The notes beneath the pieces were generated by a model. The model ran no database searches and had not been told where the DNA came from. It saw only the letters and a list, made by a program, of their open reading frames with translations. Both the position numbers and the translations under genes were made by a program. From Ylistrum balloti (Eukaryota): a stretch of DNA of 64,000 nucleotides. Positions 39,622 through 51,768 of this stretch are shown in pieces. The stretch's first letter is position 1; every line of letters begins with the position of its first letter. The stretch covers positions 2,232,001 through 2,296,000 of the forward strand of contig NW_026781958.1 in assembly GCF_031769215.1 (NCBI RefSeq), written 5' to 3'.

Positions 39622-41764
39622 TCAAGGGTCCCCGGCTATCATTTCACAAAACTCTGAAAAAATAAATAGAATATAATTCATTTAGAAAGGTTATTAAACC
39701 TCTATATAAACTATGCATTTTCGAGAGCAATGTCAATGAAGTCACACAAACTAAAAAAAACATGAAACGGAAATGGAGAAGATAGCATAGAACCGGAAAC
39801 ATTTACCTTCGAAACTGACTTGACCATCCCCATCTTTATCAACAGCCATTATCATCAGCTTGACCTCTTCTTCGGACACTTTTTTCCCGAACTGGCGCAT
39901 TACTTTCAAGAGTTCTTCCGGTCCGATTAACCCATCTCCGTCTGCATCGAAAAGCGCAAATGTTTCTTTGTCAACTTCCGGTCCAACTTCTGCATCTATC
40001 TTATTAAGCATCATTTCCTCGAACTCGTCAATTTCTACAGTTCCGTTTCCTGTGGAGTGTAGAGATGTAAATATTGAAATGGTTGATCTTTACTCAATGT
40101 AAATTGTTTTCTGTCTGTATCTTTCCCATTGCATCCTTTACCCTTTAACCAGTGCAATGAAACCTCTTCCAGATAAGTATGCAGTAATATATACAGCACG
40201 TTATTTTCTTTACAATTACCATGTTTTATTGAATAGAAATTCTATCACCATTTCATTACAGATAACAGTCTGTCTATGTCTAAACGTTTTCGATATTTCA
40301 AGACGAACTAAAATATTGGAACTAGTAAGTTGTAATTTGTAATATGAACGGTACAATTTCTATATAATTTCTACTTTGTATTATCACAGAATGACAATGC
40401 CTTCAAGAATATGTAGCTTATAGCAACATGTGACTGTTCAATGCAATGATAAAGGAAAACGATTACGATATTATGATCATCAAGAGAACCTGTACTGACC
40501 ATCGGCGTCCACTTCGTTGACCATGCTGTTGAGTTCGGCCTCTGTAGCATTTTGACCCATAGCCCTGAGGACTGAAAACAGCTCCTGTGTTGTAATGGTG
40601 CCGGTCTTCTTCATGTCAAAGAAATCAAACGCTTCGGCAAATTCTGGAACGAATGGAACCGATGATACCAGTATCTTAAATATACACAATATCTACCTTG
40701 AATTAGTTTTATTATAAGGGAACTGAATATGTTACCGCCCACAATCTTATTATATTTTAGTGCTAATTGATCAGTTGCTTGCTGTCCACTTCTGAATATT
40801 TCTATAATACTCTTTACTTGCTTAACAGCTGTTGATAATGACCGTTTCCTTTATTTACAATGTACCAATACGTTGTCACTTTACAATTTGAAGAATCGCC
40901 ATTGTTTTACTGAGAGACAAATTTCATATGATGATAACACGTTTTATTTTCTTTGCTCATTTTATTTTTTAGAAACATGAATATTAGTAACTTGAAACTT
41001 ATCATATTGGATAGAAATACACAGACTTTACTTATATATATATCTATGTAAAATTACCCGCTAACAGTTCCTTTGGTAAAGGTGTCTCCTCCTCTTCCTC
41101 CTCCTCTCCCTCCTAAACAGAATAGTATTTCAAATTAATTAATTTCATTTGTGTACTTATGACCGCAACCAGGACTTTTAAAATCCCACATGTATATACA
41201 GATTCTCACTTAACGTAGGACAATCTTAACTTCTTTATCTTGCTAAAGATTTACAAGCTGAGAGTACAGGTCACATGACTAGTGGGAATTTACCTTTTGT
41301 CGAGCGTTAGAGTGTCCGGCTAGAGACCGAAGGGTCGCTAGTTCGAACCCCAGCGGTGGCAGGGTATTTTCCTTCCTACTTCCTATTACAATACTATGTA
41401 TTTTACCAATGGAAACAATTTTAATGACAACTGTGATATTAGGATTCCAGCTTTATTTATTTTTGCTATCATCAGATATGATAACTACGTTATGGTCCAA
41501 TAGCATTACCAAACAAGTAGAAACTGACAGTGAACCTTTATTGACTATATAGCTCCATACAAGGTAAAAACTAAAACTCTTGGATTTTTGAAAATACAGC
41601 CAATATTGTCATACAAATAAACCACACTAGTTATTTTACACGTTATTGGAATCGGCTTCACGATATCATGGTTATGTTTGCTATTCGAAAAAAAAGGTAA
41701 TATCGCCCTATTCAACTTGTAAACGATATCAGAAATATTGACAAGAGCAGTATGAACGTACCAT
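39622..41764 (-). CDS. Calmodulin-like protein C (158 aa, acidic poly-Glu N-terminus)
   Basis: Exons ATG 41762-41764 (|gtacgt), 41058-41112 (55 nt), 40500-40643 (144 nt), 39807-40049 (243 nt), 39622-39653 (ttttcag|AG TTT TGT GAA ATG...TGA). Protein [41 protein letters not shown]...[14 protein letters not shown]...[14 protein letters not shown]...[25 protein letters not shown] 477 nt. Confidence 0.93.
41298..41370 (+). mobile_element. tRNA-derived SINE head / tRNA pseudogene-like sequence in intron 1 of gene C
   Basis: Degenerate A box (GTCGAGCGTTAGAG) and B box GTTCGAACC at 41341-41349; no convincing acceptor stem. Confidence 0.55.
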
Positions 41765-44398
41765 TTTGTGATAATTTCCGGTCTTCCCTGGCAACGGAGC
41801 TCGCTACAGTAGACGTGAAATATTTACCAACTGATAAAACTGAATCAATTAAAGAGGTATCGAATTAGCACGTTAACGAGTTATAAATGATAAATCTAAG
41901 GGTGTTCCGAGAGTATATTAATCTCTATTAAATCTCTCTAATGGCGTTGGCCAATTGAAGTTATATAAAAGAATTGGAGATTATTGATTTCAGTGGATAG
42001 TCCTTTGTTTTATATCGACTTAATCTATTTGTTTGATACCCGTAGAACTGAAATGTATCGTCACGTAAGAATACATTTCAATGGGGAGGGATCAGTTTAA
42101 TTCCACAATGGGTTATAATTATCGCTTTACACGACTATGTTCACGCAATACTTTATTCATGGTTCATTATAAACAATATCTCAAGTAGATTTTTTTATTC
42201 GTCCTCTGTACTTGTGTGTGATAATTTTACATAAACCAACTACCAATACCAGCGTCACTTAGTAACATTAAACATAAGTATAGACACGACAAGCAATTAA
42301 TCGTTAAATAGCTTGTTCCCGGACAATCAGTCCCACGGTGTGATCAAAACACACGACTTAGTTTCTGTATTTTATTTTCTCTACTTTAGAAATAACTTTT
42401 TTAATCTTAAAAATTTCTTGATTTTAGTCTGTGTGTTAAACGTCCGTCCAAGCGAGGTAGGTTAAGTGCTGTAACGTCCATTACTGTGAGTGACGACATC
42501 GTCTATACCAGTTGCGGAGTCTCCCATTCCTGTAATCTTTGTTACAGAATGTCAGCCATGCACTGAGCTAAACCGATCTCGAAAACAGTTCAAATGACGG
42601 CTGATTTGTCCTGAAGAAAACAAAACGTGTCACTACGGTTGCCAATTTCTGACATTCCAGTGAGATGACACTTTAAAACTTCCCTGAATGTCACAATCAG
42701 TCATGGACATCGCCTCCCTATGACTTTGGCTGTTGACAAATTATTGTCGTTGTCTGTTAGTACTTATTGCTATTGTTTCAAAGTTGTCTCCTCGTCATGT
42801 CACTTTCATCGTTTCATCGCACCATTTTACCTCATCGTCTCGTCATTGTCTCATCTTTATCTAATATCGTCTTAGGTTTTCGTCACGTTCACAAACAGAC
42901 GGCACTACGTCTTTTTATTTTATTTATCAATTTATTTATTTATTTGTTCGGAGTAAAAACTTTTTAAAGTACTTGTAATTATGTGTAACACGCACAGTGA
43001 TTATTACCGATAAATGTTCAATAGAATCCAAACAAGACAACGCCAGTTGGATTAAATATCACGGGAACTTAACAGTGCCAACAGTTATGATGATTGAACA
43101 AGATATATATAGATGAAAGTATAAACCAATCTCATTCTTGTAATTCCGGGAGTTTTGATAGCTATTAAACGTTCAAACAAAATTTTCACTTCAAACATTT
43201 TCATATCCTTAGTGTACAACGACCATTTCTATATCAGTATACTATTAGTTTATATATAAGCATTTATATGTGTGTGTGTATATAGGTGTGTATATACAGC
43301 GTAACAGTGTGTCGCATTGCAGGTATCTATTTATAGAATATACACGCGTGTACTACTTAATGTGCGTACTACGAACACATAACGTCTTAAAACATATTTT
43401 TGTAGAATGGTTACACCTTCTTTGTGAATATTAGCAAACCCGCTTACATTGTAAATATTTAAAAAAAAATATGTGTGTATTGACATTCGCATTATACTTG
43501 ATGAAATCCTCCTTGGAATGTGGGGCCGAGACGAGTTTAAGGGGAGGTAAATCCTACATTCCAAGTATCAAGTCACCACAAGATTCTATTTAAGGTTCCG
43601 GGCGATATATTTTGAATGCGAGACAGAATAGATATTGTGGGAGCACTATGTGGCATTTGATCATCGAATGTGTAATATTTGTTTCATTTGTGTTTCATGC
43701 AATGATCGCTATAACATCTGAAAACAAATAAACAAACAAAAACATACACAATTAAACAATTATACCATTTTTTGACAGGCAGTTGTCTCTTGTAATGCAG
43801 TCTTCGATGGCTGTTCAGACATATGCTTGAAATAAAGAAAAAAAAAAAAAAACTAGCTCATTTGTCCAAGGGTCAATAAGGTTTAAGCCATGTATGTACA
43901 AAGTGTATGCTTATGTGTAAATAAGATAAGAATCTTCGAGGACCAACTTGAATTTATCCGCATAAAATATCATTAACACAATGTAAACAAAAATAGCATC
44001 ATATTGCGTCAATTCTTTATAAAATCTGAGCTTATAGTGAGAGCTTGGCATAAATTTTGAAACTGTTGTGATGAAATTAAGGGGACGCAACTCCGTCTGG
44101 TCCATTTCTCGCCTTCTCCGACAAAAGTTTTTAACACAAATCCCATCAAAACGGATAACTTGTCCACAATTGTGTTCACGTATATTCAACACATTGCTCA
44201 TGCTATCAAACTCTTCGCGTTGCTTACGTATACAGTCACGGAGTTTCAAATAATCAATACAGAACATATTAACATGTTTTGAAATAACAAAAGAAACAAG
44301 TCCATGCCGAAATGAAGGCAAATGAATGTTATGGACGAAGGGTTTGGCGCGTGCGTAGTGACGTAATGAACAATATGACGTCAGTGTTTTCACTCACT

Positions 44399-47300
44399 TC
44401 ACGCTGGGTCCATCATTACCATGGCGTAAAACTCTGCAAAATACAATTGTAACATTTGTTATTACTCAGAAATGCAGATATAAATCGCCATTAAGGATAT
44501 GTATTCCAATTACAACAATAATTTATCATGATGATCCTGAAAATTTTCATGTAAGCAAGTTTACTAATCACTGCGTTAGTAAAATATGAAACAGAAAATT
44601 AACAAGGGGGATAACTCAAACCAAAATTTATAGCATACACCCTTAATATGAAGTTTTCTACTTTTACCTTTGTAGTTGACTTTGCCGTCGCCATCTTTGT
44701 CCGCTTCTCGAATCATGGCCTCCACTTCGACCTCTGTGAGTCGTTCTCCCATCATGGCCATCACCTCCTTAAGTTCCCTAGGACCGATAAAGCCGTCGCC
44801 ATTTTTGTCAAATATCGTGAATGCCTCTCTGAGCTCTACATCTAATTCTGTTTCATGGATTTTGTTCATCATCATCTCCACAAACTCCTCGAACTCAATA
44901 GAACCACTTCCTGTGTAAAACAAGCGAGCAAGCAACGATGCATGATATGGACACAATACTATTTAATCACGTGATATAAGTTTATTATCTATTAAACGTT
45001 GACATGAAAGTAACTTTCAAAATCATCTCTGATGAATTTTTAATTGCTTCGTTTCGCTATCAGAAAAAAAAATTAATTATTTCTGTGATGACATCAGGTA
45101 ATAAAACGAATAAGACACCAGAAAAGTATTACATTACAGTAAAAGTGTAAAAAAAAATCTAAGTCACGTGACACTTACCATCCTCGTCGACCTCGTCCAC
45201 CATGTGCCTGAGTTCGGTTTCCGACGGTTCCTGTCCCATGTTTCGGAGAACATCTCCCAACTCTTTGGTTGTAACACTGCCTGTCTTATTGATGTCAAAC
45301 ATGTTGAAGGCTTCCCTGAACTCTATACATAGAATAGGACACAAACATTATATAAAAGGCAATGTTTAACAAGAGAACTTTGTCTTGTCTCTCCAATTAG
45401 CATCACTTTAAAAGATTGGAGTCTATTTTTTGAATGCTTTTTATTCTTTCTGCCAAGTGTCTATATCTTACACTAAGTCTATATGATATATATATATATA
45501 TATTAAATATGATAGAATAAACACAATGCCAGTTTCCCGAATATAATACAAGTAAAGATATGATAAACTAATTTATAGAATATTTCCACAGCATCCTAAA
45601 TGAACGAACCAATTACAGCGCTGACAGAATAATAATAGAGATGGTTGGTATAAAAACAAATTCAACCAGAAAATATTAACCACGGTGTATATAGTACAAC
45701 ATCAAAGTTCGATATGATCTTACCAGCAAGATTATAAATTGAGCAAATGTTAGTTACCTGTAAGTTGGGCTTTGGTCGGGGGAGGCCATCGAGCCGACTG
45801 GAAACAGAAAATAGGAAACATATTTCTATAGATGTAGTAATAGAATTTGAAGAAACAAACGATATAGCATTTACTATATGTAAATATGTACACGGAGACT
45901 CCTGAAAACTACAAAGAGAACCAGGTGTTTCGCAAGAATAAGCGTCTTCTGTTTCATTGACAACACCCGCCATATAATGTCACATTCTCAGGTGAAAAGA
46001 TATGCAACAACGGAACAAAAATGTTTCTGTATTGTATGATGTGTTTGTGTATTGTATGATGTGTTTGTGTCTTGTATGATGTGTTTGTGTCTTGTATGAT
46101 GTGTTTGTGTATTGTATGATGTGTTTGTGTCTTGTATGATGTGTTTGTGTATTGTATGATGTGTATGTGTATTGTGTGATGTGTTTGTGTATTGTATGAT
46201 GTGTTTGTGTATTGTATGATGTGTTTGTGTATTGTGTGATGTGTTTGTGTATTGTATAATGTATTTGTGTATTGTATGATGTGTTTGTGTATTGTGTGAT
46301 GTGTTTGTGTATTGTATAATGTATTTGTGTATTGTATGATGTGTTTGTGTATTGTATGATGTGTTTGTGTATTGTATGATGTGTTTGTGTATTGTGTGAT
46401 GTGTTTGTGTATTGTATAATGTATTTGTGTATTGTATGATGTGTTTGTGTATTGTGTGATGTGTTTGTGTATTGTATAATGTATTTGTGTATTGTATGAT
46501 GTGTTTGTGTATTGTATGATGTGTTTGTGTATTGTGTGATGTGTTTGTGTATTGTATAATGTATTTGTGTATTGTATGATGTGTTTGTGTATTGTGTGAT
46601 GTGTTTGTGTATTGTATAATGTATTTGTGTATTGTATGATGTGTTTGTGTATTGTGTGATGTGTTTGTGTATTGTATAATGTATTTGTGTATTGTATGAT
46701 GTGTTTCTGTATTGTTTGATGTGTTTGTGTATTGTTTGATGTGTTTGTGTATTGTTTGATGTGTTTGTGTATTGTATGATGTGTTTGTGTATTGTATGAT
46801 GTGTTTGTGTATTGTATGATGTGTATGTGTCTTGTATGATGTGTTTGTGTATTGTATGATGTGTTTGAGTATTGTATGATGTGTTTGTGTATTGAATTAT
46901 ATGTTTGTGTATTGTATGATGTATTTGTGTATTGTATGATGTGTTTGAGTATTGTATGATGTGTTTGTGTATTGAATTATATGTTTGTGTATTGTGTGAT
47001 GTGTTTGTGTATTGTATAATGTATTTGTGTATTGTATGATGTGTTTCTGTATTGTTTGATGTGTTTGTGTATTGTTTGATGTGTTTGTGTATTGTTTGAT
47101 GTGTTTGTGTATTGTATGATGTGTTTGTGTATTGTTTGATGTGTTTGTGTATTGTATGATGTGTTTGTGTATTGTATGATGTGTTTGTGTATTGTATGAT
47201 GTGTTTGTGTATTGTGTGATGTGTTTGTGTATTGTGTGATGTGTTTGTGTATTGTGTGATGTGTTTGTGTATTGTATGATGTGTTTGTGTATTGTGTGAT

Positions 47301-48434
47301 GTGTTTGTGTATTGTATGATGTGTTTGTGTATTGTATGATGTATTTGTGTATTGTATGATGTGTTTGAGTATTGTATGATGTGTTTGTGTATTGAATTAT
47401 ATGTTTGTGTATTGTATGATGTGTTTGTGTATTGTATGATGTGTTTGTGTATTGTATGATGTGTTTGTGTATTGTATGACGTATTTGTGTATTGAATTAT
47501 ATGTTTGTGTATTGTATGATGTGTTTGTGTATTGAATTATATGTTTGTGTATTGTATGATGTGTTTGTGTATTGTATGATGTGTTTGAGTATTGTGTGAT
47601 GTGTTTGTGTATTGTATGATGTATTTGTGTATTGTATGATGTGCTTATGTATTTTATGGTGTGACGAATCATTGCAGAGACTAAACAAAGCATACATATA
47701 TAATAGCTACCAACATTTGGTATACATATCACCGATAAATTCCTAATGCTGCACGTGACTTCAATGAAATTGATATTGATATATCTGGTATCAATTGATT
47801 AAAATAAATGTCAACTTTTTATTTAAACTACGACACGACTCTAAAAGGTTCGGTAGTATTCGACACAAACAATTAACCCGGACTAACATTTTCAATGTTT
47901 GTATAACGTTGATATCTAAAAGCAAATTGATTGTAATCGTAACTTCAGTGTTTGGCATTTTTAGCGACTCATTCAAACCTAAGGACCAAATGAAAGTAAT
48001 TTCGATGAATCTAACCCTTCCATTATTGGAAACTAACAATGGACCTATGTTTTGATATAAGGTTCCAATGTTTTAATCTAATCCCTAAAGAACAGAGGGA
48101 ATTTTCATGTGTAAATTTAAGATTTTTGAAACACTTTTCAATTAAGATGTATTTCAGATTTGTATGATGTTTGCTGGTGAACACATAAAATTTATTTTAA
48201 AAGCAATCCACGTAGAGCTTCTTAATAGATATACAATGTTTAGATCAATGGGTTAAATGTCTAAATTAATTTATCATTAAACCAAAATTAAAACGTCAAC
48301 AAACAATCAAACAATCAACAACAAAAAACAAAGAAAAAAAAACAAAAACAAAAACAAAAAACAAAGCAAAGACAAAAAACAAAAAAAACAAAGAAATAGA
48401 TTTGACACAAACTCTAGCGTGTTTTACTTACCAT
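44399..48434 (-). CDS. Calmodulin-like protein D (154 aa; best-preserved EF loops)
   Basis: Exons ATG 48432-48434 (|gtaagt), 45758-45797 (40 nt), 45179-45322 (144 nt), 44668-44910 (243 nt), 44399-44433 (ttttgcag|AG TTT TAC GCC ATG...TGA). Protein [36 protein letters not shown]...[14 protein letters not shown]...[14 protein letters not shown]...[26 protein letters not shown] 465 nt. Confidence 0.94.
45830..45990 (-). mobile_element. Retroelement 3' tail copy in intron 1 of gene D
   Basis: Reverse complement GTCAATGAAACAGAAGACGCTTATTCTTGCGAAACACCTGGTTCTCTTTGTAGTTTTCAGGAGTCTCCGTGTA. Confidence 0.65.
46021..47645. repeat. 20-bp minisatellite (GTGTTTGTGTATTGTATGAT), ~80 copies, in intron 1 of gene D
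   Basis: Read directly; 60-bp higher-order units at ~46200-46700. Confidence 0.97.
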
Positions 48435-48484
48435 GTTTTTGTCGCAAGTCAGCCACAAATCCAGCCACACTCACAGTACTGCTA

Positions 48485-48530
48485 TCAAATATCACATAAA
48501 AGTCTTCAATATAGGTATTGATGACGTCAC
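48485..48530 (-). promoter_or_regulatory. Proximal promoter of gene D: perfect CRE next to a TATA-like element
   Basis: TGACGTCA at 48522-48529, 88 nt upstream of the ATG, followed on the minus strand by CCTATATTGA. Confidence 0.5.
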
Positions 48531-49339
48531 AGCCACACGGGTGCTGTTGTAGGCCCCTTAAGGACTGCAGAGTGTGGGATACTACTGTATAGCTGATCTT
48601 GAGATCACACAGGTTATTCAGTCACGACAAACATTTTTTTGTATATGACGGCTTCCGTCATGTCATTCCATTGATAGAATGAATTAAAGTCGGTTTGTTC
48701 TCAACAATGGTCCGATAATACGATACAGCTACACACGGTCAATGTGACTGTTCATTGTTATAGATGTGTAAATATACATCATACAATTCTTTAAAGGACT
48801 AGTCATTTAAAACAATGGCCAGAACGCATTGTCTTCCCAGTAATCACCGAGGCTTGTAGATTTTAACTCGAAGTAACCCGAATTGTAATTAAATTAAAGC
48901 TCATGAACAGTTGCGTAATATCAGCCCGAGTAAGGATTTGTGTAACTAAGAGATGGTAGGTTTGGGTGGTGCCTCAGAGGTGTTGGTGCCGGTAGGATGG
49001 GAATTGCGTTGTAGTACCACAGCTCTATATGTCTCCTGTCCTTTGTTTGATGGGGTAGAATATCTGATAAAGACAAGAACCAATTGTAACTCCCGAATAC
49101 AATTAACTTAATAAACTGAAAATCCAACACCTGTGGTGGAAGTTTCTTCAATTGTGATTGAAAAAGCTATTTTACAGCTAGAAATTTCTAATGTTTTTAT
49201 ATTTGCTTTTAAATACGCCTACAGATTAAAAATATATTGTCTGGCTTTGAGGAGAAGTTATTGCTATTCTGTACAGGTTCGTTATACTGCCGCTGTTGTT
49301 CTTTGTTATTTTCACATTATATCTCATAAGGTATAAAAA

Positions 49340-50049
49340 AAAATATGATGCTTTATCAAAGATAAAATAATGTATAAAGAAATAAATATTATGCTTTATC
49401 AAAGATAAAATAATGTATAAAGAAATAAATATGATGCTTTATCAAAGATAAAATAATGTATAAAGAAATAAAGTCGATGCTTTATCAAAGATAATATAAT
49501 GTATAAAGAAATAAATATGATGCTTTATCAAAGATAAAATAATGTATAAAGAAATAAATATGATGCTTTATCAAAGATAAAATAATGTATAAAGAAATAA
49601 ATTCGATGCTTTATCAAAGATAAAATAATGTATAAAGAAATAAATATGATGCTTTATCAAAGATAAAATAATGTATAAAGAAATAAATTCGATGCTTTAT
49701 CAAAGATAAAATAATGTATAAAGAAATAAATTCGATGCTTTATCAAAGATAAAATAATGTATAAAGAAATAAATTCGATGCTTTATCAAAGATAAAATAA
49801 TGTATAAAGAAATAAATATGATGCTTTATCAAAGATAAAATAATGTATAAAGAAATAAATATGATGCTTTATCAAAGATAAAATAATGTATAAAGAAATA
49901 AATTCGATGCTTTATAAAAGATAATATAATGTATAAAGAAATAAATTCGATGCTTTATCAAAGATAAAATAATGTATAAAGAAATAAATATGATGCTTTA
50001 TCAAAGATAAAATAATGTATAAAGAAATAAATTCGATGCTTTATCAAAG
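49340..50049. repeat. 43-bp AT-rich minisatellite, 17 copies, each with an inverted GATA pair (TTTATC-AAA-GATAAA)
   Basis: GCTTTA core at 49350, 49393, 49436, 49479 ... 50038 (16 intervals of 43 bp). Confidence 0.96.
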
Positions 50050-51626
50050 ATGACATAAGGAACTTTAACATAAAAAGTAACTTTGGAAAGTGGAAAAGAA
50101 ACATTTATCGAGCTGACAATGAAAACAACTGGACAAGAACGGAGAGTTAGTAAAACATCGGTATCCGTGTTGTGTAGCCAACGTTGTCTAAGCCCCTGGG
50201 GAATGTTTATCGTGTATTACACACAGAGCATACTTTCCGCATTAGGTGTTTGCACAACAAACCACACTCGATAAGATATAACATTGGATTAAAGGGGAAT
50301 AACTCGTGTGAATTGACAAACAGTAAACAGTTCACAACTGTAGCGTACAGAAAATATGTTATAATTCAGTTAGAAATAATCTGCGGAAGTAAAACTTTGC
50401 TTCTCGAACAAAATTGCAACTACGGAACAGTCGTGTAGTTAAATGTTTAAGACTAAATACGCTACACACCTATGACTTTTACGTTAACTTTGCTAAAATG
50501 TACATTTTGTCAAATTCACACTTCACAGTATCATTATGTAACTTTAACTGGATAATATCTTAACCCGGGTAATTCAAGAAAGCAATAGTTTCCATGTCAC
50601 CTTTTTATCTAAATGGCCTGGTTTCTTTACCAAACTGTCTCTACTCAGCATATTTCGCCTCCCACTCCCCCAACATGTAAAGATTATTATACATTTTTGA
50701 TTGAGATATTATAAATGCGCGCTCTGAGAGCAATGCATACATTTGATGAGCTAAGTCATTTGACAAGTGATTCGTTTGACATTTCGCAAAGGACAAAATT
50801 TCTTTCGTTTGTTTAAAAATTCGACATGTCTATTTTATCATTTATCAGGGTGAATACGTATATTTCCTAGTTTTGGTATACATAGTACTATGTATATATA
50901 GTCTATGTTGCTGCAAGTTATGAAAGTTTATTTATCTGAAGGTATAATCATTTTCGATGGCGTACAAACAGGGCCATAAACTGCCGAAAAATTAGGAGTT
51001 TTTTTTCTGTTAATAAAACTGGAGTTCTTAATAAGTAACAATGTAATTAACATTACGTATTCATGAGGTTCACTATGTCCAGTTTTTTACGACTTAAAGA
51101 TAAAATCTTGTCAGCTTTCTTCAGAAATTATCTGAAACTGCTCAATGTCATTTTATTCAAAATCACATCGCACTCGATATCTTTATTTTGAGTCTATCTA
51201 TGATATGTAGTTTCTGATGAAGGGTGGACTGGAAATATCGAGTAAATTCGATTTGCATATTTAAATAGCTCATTTAAATATGTTGTCAAATTTAGACATA
51301 ATGATGCTTAAAAGTCCCCGTATGAGACATAGACATGCCCACCATCTTCCCTAAGATGTATTTCTCATATAGGTTTCATGCAGTCGTAGGTGTTGAGTCG
51401 TTTGCATACACGGCGCTGTTCGAATTTCAGAATTTCATATACAAATAAAAAAAACAAACAAAAACGGACATTATCTTTTAAAAATCGTAAGATAAATAAT
51501 TGAATATTAGAAAAACATTTATTGATAAGTAGATAACATTAAAACGGAATGTATTTTCGTGGAGTCACCGACAACTGTGTCTGTTGTGTCAAAATAGACC
51601 AGCTTGCATCTGCAAAGACAAAAGCA

Positions 51627-51745
51627 TGACGTCATTATGTGTTTATTACTTTAGTTCATTTGTGACGTCACATTTTAGTTGCTAAGCTACTTAGCAATCG
51701 GCAATGGCGGAGATGATGAGTCTCTCCCCAAATATTAATATTCTA
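51627..51745 (+). promoter_or_regulatory. Candidate promoter of gene F: two CREs, a short palindrome and a TATA-like tract
   Basis: TGACGTCA at 51627-51634 and 51663-51670; TTGCTAAG-CTA-CTTAGCAA at 51679-51697; AATATTAATA at ~51731; ATG at 51769. Confidence 0.45.
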
Positions 51746-51768
51746 TGTTGAATATTTGGCCTACCACA

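Noticed and set aside
41298-41370. Functional tRNA gene
   Set aside because: The B box is present but the acceptor stem and D arm do not pair well; better explained as a SINE head.
43911-44393. 160-aa minus-strand ORF directly after the gene D stop
   Set aside because: No recognisable domain, starts at TTG, and lies in the expected 3' UTR or spacer; no convincing splice link.
47397-47732. His/Thr/Tyr-rich ORFs
   Set aside because: Translations of the 20-bp intronic satellite.
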